A DNA stretch of 64,000 nt from Amphiscolops sp. MND2022. Its lineage: Eukaryota. Both the position numbers and the translations under genes were made by a program. Below, piece by piece: positions 37,750 through 49,752 of the stretch (position 1 is its first letter; every line of letters begins with the position of its first letter). The DNA lies in NCBI GenBank assembly GCA_964187785.1, contig OZ076409.1:77688001-77752000 (forward strand), written 5' to 3'. The notes under the pieces were generated by a model. That model saw only the letters and a program-made list of their open reading frames with translations, ran no database searches and was not told where the DNA came from.

Positions 37750-38430
37750 ATTCTGCATGAGGAAAACCATAATCATAGCGCAACTCCTCACCTGTGAATA
37801 TGAACGGATAAACAAGAATGATCAATTGATATTTGTTTCTTTTAATTGTCTCACAAAAATGACTTTTTGGTGAAAATTTTAGCAATAGGCAGTGTTTTCC
37901 AATTTTCAGATGCCCCTTTAAGGCCGTGTAAAATTAAGTCCGTTTACGATACCAGAGTTGGTGGGACATAGATTCCACTTTTTACTGAGCCTTGGTGGTA
38001 CCTCATACGAAACAGTGCAAAATGCATGGAATTTGCTAAGAAACCGTTATGGCCGTGTAAAATAATAGCCTGGTACTTCCAAGTGTGTATTACTGCAAAA
38101 CCGTTCAATATATCGTTACGCTTTGATCAACACTTGGTGGGACACTGATCCCTTTTTCACTGAAGCTTGGTAGGACTCACACTCAGTACCTCAAACGGCA
38201 TTCTGTTTTGTAAAAAAAATCAAACTAACCAGACTGAATCGGGCGAGTTGCCAAGAAGATACAATGGTTTCTACCTTCGTCATCAGTGACCTTCTTCATC
38301 CGACAGTTAGCAGCCACTGCTCTGTCCTTGTCGTTGATGAATCAGGCCATTCCTGAATTCTTTTCGTCAGAAGTGTCAATGAATACCGCTTGTTTCCCTT
38401 CTTGCAGTTCCATCACATAGTCGAAGTTTG
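37750..38430 (-). pseudogene. SET (lysine methyltransferase) domain C-terminal half, split by intron 38229-37792
   Basis: Manual translation: FDYVMELQEGKQAVFIDTSDEKNSGMA*FINDKDRAVAANCRMKKVTDDEGRNHCIFLATRPIQSG / EELRYDYGFPHAE(W)R. Confidence 0.85.
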
Positions 38431-38576
38431 ACGTTTTTGTTGTACTTCTCGGTCCCAAAGCAAATTCAAAGTTGAAGCTGAATTTTTTGCCTCAACTGTT
38501 CTCTTGAATTCTCAAAATCCCCAACATTTGAACATTTATCATATGAAACTTTCGATTCTTTCCTATACCTTGTATA

Positions 38577-38965
38577 CAGAGGTATGACAATTCAGCATGA
38601 ATTAGCGATAGCGATAGTTAGCGACAAATTAAAGCGTTAGCGAACTTTTTTTTAAACTAGAAATTCAGAATTAACTAATGCAATAAATTATTGCGAATAA
38701 CTTGACACATCATTTTGGCTTTTTCCTTTCCAACAGTTATTCAATGAGACCGGCTTTGTAGACGAAGTACAATTTGCCCAAAACTTCAAAATTTAATAAT
38801 TTTAAAGTACATTTCTGAAATTTTCATATGAACATTCTGAAAATCAGATTTTCAAATAAGCGATAGCTTTAGCGAACCACCCATTTTGTTGTAGCGATAG
38901 CGATGAAATCAAATCATTAGCGACGTTAGCGATTTGCGATAAAATTGTTAGCGATCACACCTCTG
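38577..38965. mobile_element. hAT-type MITE with 8-bp TSD CTTGTATA
   Basis: TIR CAGAGGTATGA / TCACACCTCTG; TSD at 38569-38576 and 38966-38973; subterminal TAGCGA repeats. Confidence 0.9.
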
Positions 38966-39154
38966 CTTGTATAGTATTTACTACGTAAGTAAAAAACTAA
39001 GCAAGAGTGCTCAGTAAGTAAAAAACACATGACACTAAATAAAGAAAGCAAACTGTTTGCATGTTCATCAGTCAATAAAGAGCCGAAGATCAAGTTTTGA
39101 AACTGAAATTGAAGACTTCCTCAAGCTGCACTATCTGGACTCTGTTGTTTCTCC

Positions 39155-42100
39155 TCAACGTTGTAGCCACTCCTCAATTACATTCCAACGCAAGTCGCTG
39201 ATGGTTGCTGCATAGCGATACAAGAACTCTGTCCAGGGATTGTCCAGCGGAAATTCTTTACCAGTTGGTTGCTCATCAGATTTAATGATCTGCAGCATCT
39301 CACGCATGGCGGCTTTCGTGATAGGTCTCGCGCGGTTTTTATTAGCCCATTCCATGTAGAGCTGCATCACTATCAAACCTGGGAAGTTTGGGAACAAGAA
39401 ACGTCTGGCCAAACCTGCGTCTAGCTCCTTCTTGAAGGCTAGGGCACTCTGGTGGAGGTGGGTTTCCATAATGAAGTTACACGCATAAGCAATGCTATCA
39501 ACAGGGGTGTGAACAAAGTGAATCCACTGGCTTGGTAAGAAGATAGCGTCTCCTTCTTGTACCACTATATGATAGCATGTGACATCTCGATGGAAACCGA
39601 AGAAAGTGGAGCTGAAAACGACAATAATCAAAGTTGAGAGAACTAACTTCTACTTTAAACATCGCAAGTTTTCTAAGAATTTTCAGCCCCTTGAAGGTAT
39701 CTTGTAACTCGTGAAAAGCAAACCCTTTTTTTGGAAATAACTTCAGTCATAACCTTCAGCTTTTAACAGTTGATGACAACAATCACATAACCAATTACAA
39801 CTTAACATTAAGGAAAAAGATCGCAATTTTTAATTTAAACTGAAGTAAAAACTGAGTTTTCTTTTTTACAAACCTTTTCCATTCACTCTCTCGCCATTCG
39901 TCAAAACGCTGTTGGACTTTCTGGGTTGGCTCTACGATGAAAAAGTCTTTCCTTCCCTTCAACAAAAAGTAAAAAACGGAAGTTCCGGTGAAATCCTGAT
40001 GCCAATCCGTCTGTGCTTCCTGTTCAGTCATCAAGAGGTAATTGCTGATGCCAGCAGTGAAGTCAAACTCTTCTCGGATTGAGGGATCCATTCTTGAGGT
40101 GTAAGTATGACCCAGAGAATAATCTTTTATCAAGTTTGGAATCGAAAATGTGTGTTTCATTGTCCTCTGATGCGGACCAATGTCAGGGTCGATGATGTTC
40201 ATTGGATGAAGATCTTCCTCGCGGAATGGGTCTTCATGATGTTCCAAAAAACTTGCCAAGGTCATGTTGTTCTCCACTTCCTGGAGTGCTGAAAAACACA
40301 CATTTACTTTCCTGCTGCAAGGGATTCCCTCAGTTATTTTACGGAAGGTACCATGTATGGCACTAGGAACAACAAGACCAGGAAGTTTGCCCCTAGCTTG
40401 TCTCAAAACTACAGGACATGGTGTACTTCTCGTCATTCGGTTCTTGAAATCCTGGCGGTTGTTGACAGTGAAACTTTGGGTGACTGGTACTTTCCCTCGA
40501 ATTAAATCCAAAAACTTTTTTGAACCAACTTTGGAACGATTGTGTGAACCCCATTTGAAGGAATCTAAATACGGCAGTTTAATTTCCGGTATCTTTTGTT
40601 TTTCTTCAACAGCAGTCTCTTCTTCAAGAGCAATCTCTTCTCCGGGAGCAGTCTCTTCTTCAGGAGCAGTCTCTTCTTCAGGAGCAGTCTCTTCAGGAAC
40701 AGTCTCTTCTTCGCGAGCAGTCTCTTCACGAGCAGTCTCTTCTTCACGAACAGTCTCTTCTTCACGAGCAGTCTCTCTTTCTCTAGGAGGGGTTACTAAT
40801 TCGGGAGGAAACACTTCACCAGAAGCAATTACTTCTTCAAAAGTAACTGTTTCACCGAAAAGTTCTCCTAGGGGAGGAATAGACTGTTGCCTTTCGGGGC
40901 TAACTCTGGTTGTCCTGTCGAGAGAAGTTGTTGCAGCTTCGGATTCGGGAGAAGGTACATCATCTCTGGTTACATCAACAGGAGCATCTACTGGAGTTGT
41001 AATACGCGATGTGGTTCTAGCTTGCAGACGTCTACATTGTTGATTTTCTTGTTTATGACGGAGTAAATCCCAATGTCTCGTTAATACTTTTCCACAAACA
41101 TTGCATTCGAATGAACCCTTCTGGCGTTCTGAAGCAACAGTTTAAGTTGATACGTTAAGGATTTGAACCACAGTGAAAGGCGGTTATATGGGTAATAATG
41201 AATACCAATAACACTTTTTGTTCTGATGATCAATTTAAATACATATCATTTCCAGGAAACTTCTTCACTTGTTTAAGCAAAGCAGACTAAGTGGGACATA
41301 GACCCCTGTTTTTATTAGGCCTTGGTGGGACATAAAAGTTGAGAGCCGCTATTAAACCTTTCACGCCATTATAAATGCACAGCGGAAAATACAGTAGCTC
41401 GACGCTTCCTCATTGTTGATGATATTTTTGCAAATGGGCCCACTTCGATACTGCTGGACGTGATATTTGAGTTATAAATATCCCTTGGCGCGGGTGGAGT
41501 TCTTTGTGCCTCGTTTTTCATTTTGGACTCGATTTTGCTCTTTTGGATTTCATCTGGATTTTTGGGATGAGTGTGGGAATGATTTTCGAAAAAAAATCCA
41601 TTTTCAACAGCGGCTGTGCCACAACAACCTTTTTTGTAAGAATGGCATCGCAAGTTGATTTTGCCTTTATACTCGTTGTTTTTGGTGTAAATGTAGCCAT
41701 TCGCACAATAGATGAAAAAACCCTTGCGGCTACCTTCAATTTTTTTGATTTCCATTTTGACCTGAAGTACTCGAAAAAACTATTGAAATTTGAATACGTC
41801 CTTTTTCGAACCGGGAATAGTATCTAAATTTTTAGATATTATTCCCGAAAAATGATTTCAGCCATGTCAGTTTTAGATATTATTCCCGAAATCATTTTAG
41901 ATATTATTCCTTGGATATTATTCCGCTCCCCTATAGAAAGCGTTGCATGCAGATATTAAATAATTTTTGAACACTTTAAAATTTTTTGATTTCAAAATAA
42001 TTTTGACAGAAAAATTCTTCAGATCTTATCCTAATACGTGTATTTTCGAAAAGCCTAGTTTTACAGCTCATTTTATTTGAAGTTTTAAAATTATTTGTGA

Positions 42101-45100
42101 ATCAAAAGCATATCAGGGGCTTCAGTGAAATCAGGGGTCGATTGAACATAAAATAATTCAAAAAGTGCAAGTCAGTCTTCAATGAAGAGGCGCTCTACAA
42201 TATTAAAATGCAAAACATTTCGTCTAAAGATTTATTCAACAATTAAAATGTATTTTATTTGTTTGAGTCGAAAATTATATCTGTTCAAAAATATATTTTT
42301 GAAAATATTTATTTTTTACAACCCTGCATAGACCCCACTTTTTACTAGGCCTTTGTGGGACATAAAATGTATTTTCATGTACTTCTTTATTGGATTTATT
42401 ATATGGTTATCATTTGTTTGGGTGCAGTTAGAGTTATAAATACTATTTTTATTACAAATATCATTATTATTATTATTACTACTATTTCAATGATAATTTC
42501 ACTTGACCTCTTAACTGGTGGTGTTAAATTGGTGGGGAACCAGGGGTTGGTAATATTGTATTGCAATGCAATACAAGCCTACCAATAACTAATTTTTGTG
42601 CTTGAGAAAAAATAAATTATTTTTATTTCTTCGATCTCGAAATAAGAATTTTTTATTTATTTATTGACAATAATTTTTCCAATATTTATTCATTGCCAAC
42701 CCCTAGGAGGAACTAACAGAAAAGATCCCTTCATCATTTCCAAATATCAATTATCACGTTTGAACGCCACTTCATTCGTTACAGTGTGGTATGAGGCGCG
42801 GCGCGGAATGTATACATGTACTGTATATATATTCCAATTAGTTTACTGTAAATAGGGGACTATGGCTCAGAGCAACAGCTTCCGCTTGTCAGATCACCAA
42901 AGTTAAACACTTGGCAGGCGGAGGCGTTTGATATGTGTACCATATCTGTAGATATCTATGGATAGGTCTCAGATATCAACTATTTCAACTGCTGGCTCTG
43001 AGCAAATGTCCCCATTTTGAAAAATGTTGAAAATCATTTTTGAAATGAATCACTGTACTATTTCAATAAGCGCCAAGAATGACCAAAAATTCTTCATTCT
43101 CCAAAAAGTGCTCAACGGCGAGTAAAAAATGAACACTTTTTTCCTGTAATTAATGCATTTTATTGTACAATAAATGTATTAATTATTGTTGTTTGAAAGT
43201 TAGTGTTTTTAATGAAAATGCCGGTCAAAGTTATGCATTTATTGAATGTAGGCAGGGGTGTTCAATAAATAATTATGGGTGGGGATAATTATAAAAAATA
43301 AAAAAATGATTTATTTTTCCACTCAAGGAAATAAAAAGAATTATTTTTGGACCTGTTAAAATGAAAATAATTATTCTTGAGATAACTAAAACTAAAAGCG
43401 CTTAATTCAACAGTAATTCAATTTTTGTTGATATCCATTTTTTGCCGAGAAAAATAATATTTAATTTAGCAAAAAATATAATTTATTTTCAAGCAATAAT
43501 AATATTCGAATAAAATATTGAACACCCCTGAATGTAGGGTATCCATTAATAATGCATTCTTTTAATGCAAATCCCTGATCGCAACTCCATTGCTTAAAAT
43601 AGCGAATTTAAAAGTCAAATATCTTTAAAATTGTCAGCTACAAAAGTTTCTTAGACTTTTATGTAGTTTACAAAAATGTTTGTTTGAAAAATCTGCGGGA
43701 AAAATTTTAAAAGTTAGAAAACCGAAAATTTGACAAAATTTCAGGATCTTTTCTGGTAATCCCTCACAAAGTTAAAAAAATATTTTTGGAAAATTTTTTA
43801 TCCATCATTTGCCCCCATTCTCTTGCGGATGCTGATATGGTTTCATTGATTTTTTTTTCATTTAAAATGAAAATCATCAATTCTCTAAATACAATTCGAA
43901 CTTTCATTGATATAGCAACGCGGTGTGATTTTGAGTAATTTCTTGTGAAATAGCAACGCAGTGTGATTTTGAGCAGTTTCTTATGAAATAGCAACGCGGT
44001 GTGATTTTGAGTAATTTCATCTGAAATAGCAACGCGATGTGATTTCGAGTACTTCGATGAAATAGCAACGCGATGTGATTTTCGAGTATGTTGACAAGCA
44101 ATACGATTGAAAGCAAATAAGATTAAAAGCAAATATTAGTTGTTCGTTTCAAGGCAAGCTTAGCGCAATGGTCTCGTCGTATATAGTGTAAAGGTCAGCA
44201 CTCACGCCTAACCAGCAAATTGAGGTTCGATCCCGGACATGAAAAATGTTTCATATTTTGGAAATATTTTTCGATTTTGGTAAAATACCCTTGAAAAAGG
44301 CCTTGCTATTTCTGTTGTTCTTTAATTATCTGTTGTTTACAAATATATACCGTGATGTAATGTTCTTTTGGCAGTTCGTACATGTTATTTCTGTTTGAGT
44401 TGTATCATTCTTCGGCAAGAATATTAGTTGAAACATTTGATTGAACAATCCTTTGATAATTTCAGTATTGACCTCTTCGTTTTTGGAAGCGTTTCGTAGA
44501 TACCGAGATTTACGAGATATCAGAGTAACTTCGGTGAAATAGCAACGCAATGTGATTTTCGAGTAACTTCATTGAAATAGCAACGCGGTATGATTTCGGG
44601 TAACTTCGGTGAAATAGCAACGCGATGTGATTTCGAGTAACTTCATTGAAATAGCAACGCGATGTGGTTTTCCCCAGTGAATTTCATTGAAATAGTAATG
44701 CGGCTTAATTTTCAATCACATAGTGAAATAGCAACGCGATGTGATTTCGAGTTTTGTCTAATGGGGGCCTATTCATACAGCAGAAACTAAAGCAGCATAA
44801 AGAAGCATCCTGATGGGAATGAATATAAAAACTATTGACTAATGACTGGAATAATCTAGAAGGGGAGACATTTTTGTGTTGTTTTTTGTTGTTTAAAGGT
44901 TCAAAGACGCCACTGTACTGTATAATATTGATTTTTAACATCGATATTTTAACAAGATAAGATATATTGAAGAAAAGGGATCTATTTTTAGCACAACGTA
45001 AATCATCTAGACACTATCATGAGTCTTATATGTACTGCATTTTATATAAACCTCAGGAAAGTGCTAGTCGAAATATGTCAAATCAAGGTTAATTTGGATA

Positions 45101-46231
45101 TTGTTTGCTAATGGTCCCCGCGAACTTATTGCCCCCTTTCCCCACCTAAAAGTTTTGGATTTTCAGCGTAGTCGTTTTCACAGTGTTTTGTCAGAGGATA
45201 TATCCCAGCTTACTGATAAAGGGCCACAGTATCCCATTTAGTTTTGATAATGATCACGAGTTTGCTCAATTTCATTTTGGATAGAGCCATTTTACGTGTT
45301 GACCGGGATTTTAGAAGTGAAAGTCAAGTTGTTCATGCAGCGTGACAAACTTCATTTTCCAATCAATGATCACCTTTTCTTGTTCACACAAGCATGGAAC
45401 GAACCTGACTTCATAGTTTTTGTTTGAAGTACGTGGAAACATTCGAAAGCTTGGATTCAATAATTGATTAATTTCCGTGAAGGTGGCAATTTTCTGCAAA
45501 TACTTTGGTGACAGATAAATTTTCCTGTGAGTGGGGTGGGGGATATTAGCAAACAAGATCCGTTAATATATATCAATAATCAGAAATTGTTCAATTGTAA
45601 CACGACGAATTTGGTCTCGGTGCAAAACTGAGGCTATACTGTACAGTAGTGTTCATATCGTTTTCATATAGTACCAGTCTGGCACCGAGCAACATCACCG
45701 TCCAAGTTAATAAACCACTTGACTTGAAATATTTCACTTGAAAGGAATGTATTCGATGCCTATTCTGATTGAGTGAGACAGTACCAAATTTCACTCCTTC
45801 GAAAGAAAATGGAGGAAGCCAGAAGTAAGTGTTTTATGCTGTTATGTTTTATTTTTTTTCAAATTTTACATTTTTTTCTTACTCAAAATGTTCCTGATTT
45901 TGATTTACACAACGTTTACGAAACCAGAGTTGGTGGGACATGGACCCCACTTTTTACTAGGCCTTGGTGGGACGGAAATAAAGTAAACTCATAGTAAAAA
46001 AAACTAAACTAGTAAAAAATTACATTGTCAAGAATTCACATGTAAAGAACTCACTGGGTTCTGGTGAATACAAGTCGGATGCCTCAATTCCTCGCTCTCT
46101 GATTTCTTGCTGACGTCTCAAACAAGTGTTTTTTGACAGGTGTTGCTTGAGTTTTCCAGTGCTGGCGCAAATCAAACCGCATTCAGGACAAGTACAGCGA
46201 TGAATACTCAAAGTTTTCCGTTGTTGATGAG
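39155..46231 (-). CDS. Spliced gene: two C2HC/C2H2-like zinc fingers, acidic repeat and KDM2/KDM7(PHF8)-type JmjC demethylase domain; 5' end not found
   Basis: Exons 46231-46055, 41128-39874, 39611-39155 join in phase (SPEP-K-RQKGSFECNVCGK; WK-S-STFF). CPECG..KLKQHLSKNTC; CNVCGK..LLRHKQENQQC; YLLMTEQEAQTDWHQDFTGTSVFYFLLKGRKDF and FLPSQWIHFVHTPVDSIAYACNF with HxD...H iron ligands intact. Confidence 0.82.
40613..40780 (-). repeat. 15-18-bp coding repeat (EEETAP/EEETAR)
   Basis: agcagtctcttcttc repeated on the plus strand. Confidence 0.9.
41369..41931 (-). mobile_element. Mutator (MULE) 5' fragment: TIR end plus FLYWCH-like transposase N-terminus
   Basis: ORF 41369..41755 ANGYIYTKN..INLRCHSYKKGCCGTA...HSHTH; end GGGAGCGGAATAATATCC with iterated GGAATAATATCTAAAA repeats at 41815-41930. 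Confidence 0.75.
43253..43530. mobile_element. hAT-type MITE with 8-bp TSD AATGTAGG
   Basis: Perfect TIR CAGGGGTGTTCAATA / TATTGAACACCCCTG; TSD 43245-43252 and 43531-43538. Confidence 0.92.
43905..44750 (+). repeat. 37-38-bp minisatellite GAAATAGCAACGCGATGTGATTTCGAGTAACTTC.., two blocks (43905-44087, 44525-44750)
   Basis: About five units in each block; same unit at 62490-62640. Confidence 0.9.
44154..44236 (+). mobile_element. tRNA-derived SINE-head-like fragment
   Basis: A-box-like TAGCGCAATGG and B-box GGTTCGATCCC; no closed cloverleaf. Confidence 0.4.
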
Positions 46232-47837
46232 CTAAAACAGAATGAAGTTCATATCTCTAGATCTTCAAATAACATAAGATCAAAAAGCATAAAAATGGAA
46301 TTAGTTCAAATTTTAAATGGCAAAGCATGAGTTACATAGAAAACACTACTTTGGGCCTCACCTATGATAGCATGAAAAATGAAAACAACAGTCAACAAAT
46401 AATCATTTTCTTTTTGTTTGTTTTCTTCGGGATTTAAACTAAAACTTTTCCCCAAAACTTGGTTTCAAACAAATTTCAAAAATTTGTCATTTTGAAAATA
46501 TTTTTCAAATCCAACATAATATCTGAACTCACCAAGGCATGTAGATTGATGACGCGTGTAGAACCATTGCTTGTTGGAATCAAACTCTTTGAAGCAGTGG
46601 ATACAAGTGAAGGTCATTCTTGAATCTGCGATCTAGGTCTTTTATTGAAGGTGGTAGAAAGTTTACCAAATGTCTACTACTGCACGGGATAGATGTTCAA
46701 CACAAACTGAACCTGAAACTGTAACTTGAATTCGTCTCAGCAGCTCAAGATCGACCAATCACGTATGCCGCATTTTGGTTGATCAACCAATCACAATAGC
46801 CGAAATTTGGCAGATTGGAAAAAGATGATGTATGCTGGTGTTTGATGAGCAGGGCGACCAAATATTGACGTAAAAATTACAAAAGTTGATTTGACGATTT
46901 GTAAAAAAAAAGACTTTATATTGACTTTGTGAAAAACACTTGTCGGATCATGCGGTCGCAAGGGGAATAAGACACAGGGTTCAAATACCATTGTCGACAT
47001 CGTTTGCGTTGAAACTTTGATTTAAGAAAACAATTGATGTCGACATAATTGTATACATTACATTGATTGTCAAAATAATAATTTAAAAATAATTTTTGCC
47101 TAAATAATTCCAAAAAATACCATCAAAGTATTTTATTGGAACGCGAAAAAAATACAAATAACTTACTTTCTCTCTGATAAAATACAAATAATTTATTTTC
47201 AGTGTCAAATAATTTTACCAATAGAACAGTGTGCATAGGATATATTTTTTGGCATGCCTCGGAGTTAAACAGATGGTCCCATTTGTCCATGAGCCAAAAA
47301 TCTTTTACTGAGTACAATGATTAAACATAGAATTGAAATAGTTATTGAGATTTTCAGGCAAAAAGTTTCAATCATTTGCCAAGAGAGGGTGGGTTTATAT
47401 TTTAATTCCTTAGAATGTTGATTTGTCACACTCATCATTTCTGTTTTTTACTTGATGATACTTCAAATTGATTTCAAAGATAATTTATTAGGGGTATGTT
47501 TTTCAATGATATATTCAAACTTCTAATGAATAAAAGGCGATTTCAATTGTTGAGCTGTTTTGATAAATGAACTGGGTTTCAACTTTGAAACACATTTTAT
47601 AAAGAAATTGACAGTCGCGAGGATCGGTTAAAGGAGATAGGGCAAGAATGTATTGTAACTTGTAATTTTTATTCCCAATAAATGAATATAGCATATTCAA
47701 AATAAGAACAACATCGACTGAAAAAAAGATCACCTTAAAAATAACAAATAATTATATTCAAAGTTTCGAAAACGAAGTGTTCTTTTGAATAATGTTTGCA
47801 AAAGTGCATGTATAGCCAATTGGTGTTTTTGCAAAGA

Positions 47838-47912
47838 TCGACTAATACCGAGTTTCGAACCCATGACCTTGCGTTTATAATTCAAGCACTCTACCGGTTA
47901 GGCTATAGTGTC
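47838..47912 (-). mobile_element. tRNA-derived SINE head / tRNA pseudogene
   Basis: Minus strand ACTATAGCCTAACCGGTAGAGTGCT...AAGGTCATGGGTTCGAAACTC; homologous to 51078-51152. Confidence 0.55.
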
Positions 47913-48263
47913 TGAAATAATGTACATTTTAAGTTTCATTTATTTGCTACGCAACAAATAGGGACATCAATAAAATTCAATCAATTTCATTTGAATACAG
48001 TACAAGATTACTTTTTGTAGAGGATAATTGTTAATCGTGTTAATCAAGGCCAATTTTACGAATCAAATACCAGTACTCCTGTAAACTCCAGCTGTTTGCG
48101 CCATGAGAAAATTTGAGCCATCAATAGCCATGATGGCCATATTTGATGTAAACATTTGTAAACATTATGGATTTTCTGTCGAACAATTAAAAAATAATAA
48201 TTTCCATTAATTTTTGAACACCTCTGTTACAACCACTTTGTCATTGACGAACCCCCACTTCGT

Positions 48264-48430
48264 CATTGCGTTGCTTTTTTTTATCTTACTTTCATTATGG
48301 AAATAAGATAAAAAAGCAACGCAATGTGATTTGCGCGCTGACAAATTGTCAACGCACAATCACATTGCGTTGCTTATTTTATTTCATTTCCACCATGGAA
48401 GCAAAATAAAAAAAGCAACGCAATGTGATT
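48264..48430. repeat. Compound inverted repeat of the AGCAACGCAATGTGATT motif
   Basis: Four motif copies in alternating orientation with self-complementary spacers. Confidence 0.85.
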
Positions 48431-49119
48431 CTGAGAAAATCCATTCTTTGCCCCCATGGCCAAGCTAGAGTATTTTTTCAATTCTCACCAAGTATGCGTC
48501 CCACCAACGTATAGTACAAAAGGGGTCTAAGTCCCACCGAGTGCGGATTCGTCAACGGACAAACACTCAGTCACATCGTTTCTTTACAATATCTTTTATT
48601 CTCTTGCCATATACTATAGTTTCATTTGGTGGATTACCAAATAACAAGAGCAAATGAGGTTGATTGATAATGCAGGGTTGTCAAATTAGTTCGCCGGTTT
48701 TTTCATTGATATTTTTTGTCTAAGGCCGCGTGTTGAATTGTACAATATGTCTCACGAGAAAGTTCAGAAACGTGAGCTTATGCCAAAAAATGCTAAAAAA
48801 TTGAAATTTTTTATGCGTTTTGTTGAAATATTTAACACCCCTCGTTTTGAAAGAAATTGTCGAGAAACGGTATTGGAAAAAAAATCGGTTTAAATCGCTA
48901 TTTTCATGAAAAAAAACAATAAAAACGACGTTTTTCTAGAACGAACGTTTTTTTCAACCATGTGATTACGTAATAAAACTAGTATTCTCGAAAATATGCT
49001 CCAAAAAATTCAATAAAAAATTCATTGAAAAAATTTTTGACGCAGTGGGACAATCCTTTAAACTTACTAATTACAGCAGGAGATACATCCACTCGGGTCA
49101 TCCACCCATGTCAGTCATC

Positions 49120-49752
49120 CAGGTTTTCGGTGGTGAAAGAACCAAGTTGAGAGCTTGGCAAACAAGCTGTTGGTTTGGATTCAATCAAGAGGGGGCAATC
49201 ACTAATTTACTTGGTGAATAGAAACAAACAAGATTGCGGTAAAAGTCCCATCAATGCTTAGTAAATTACAGTTTCAGGTCCCACCAAGTGTTTTTTCGAA
49301 AACGTCCTATTTGTTTTTCAAACATTAACAACAGAAGCGTCACGAAACCCTGCCAGCCCCATGAGGTGTTTGGTGGTGAATGAACCAAGTTGAGAGCTTG
49401 GCATCCAAGCTGGCAATCAAGAGAGAGAGCAATCACTAATTTACTTGGTGAATGAAAACAAACAACTGCGTTAAAAAGTCCCATCAATGCTTAGTAAATT
49501 AGTGTCAAGTCCCACCAAGTGCCTTTTCGAAAACGTCCCATTTGTTTTTCAAACATTAACAACAGAAGCGTCAAGAAACCCTGCCAGACCCATGAGGTGT
49601 TTGGTGATGAATGAACCAAGTTGAGAGCGTGGCATCCAAGCTGGCAATCAAGAGAGAGAGCAATCACTAATTTACTTGGTGAATGAAAACAAACAACTGC
49701 GTTAAAAAGTCCCATCAATGCTTAGTGAATTAGTGTCAGGTCCCACCAAGTG
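49120..49752 (-). repeat. 231-bp tandem repeat (~2.7 copies), each containing GTCCCACCAAG (reverse GGTGGGAC box)
   Basis: gtcccaccaag at 49278, 49509, 49740; duplicated ORFs 49266..49487 and 49491..49718. Confidence 0.9.

Larger units (their letters stand above)
32400..38430 (-). pseudogene. Spliced SET-domain / Cys-His cluster / tyrosine-recombinase (Crypton-like) gene, inactivated
   Basis: Phase-compatible GT-AG exons ~38430-38230, 37791-36561, 36155-34680, 34294-33511, 32786-32400. SET motifs GMA*FIND and LATRPIQSGEELRYDYG; CPYC..LHRHLQSFH and YAPCPDCLGFF..MYRHKLDC; YR motifs FNKKRDREV, PGKGGK, STKLRKYMAT, FLGHDLRVHDKYY; C-terminal W...PG..C...W..IK helix-turn-helix-like motif. Lesions: stop at 38344-38342, 1-nt frameshift ~37750, 10-bp insertion 34711-34720. 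Confidence 0.85.

Noticed and set aside
40264..41043. 259-aa Ser-rich plus-strand ORF
   Set aside because: Antisense shadow of the JmjC exon and its EEETAP repeat.
42853..43015. 5S rRNA-like stretch (cttgtcagatcaccaaagttaaaca)
   Set aside because: Only ~25 nt of loose similarity, inside a small inverted-repeat element (GCTCAGAGC/GCTCTGAGC arms); not a supportable rRNA gene.
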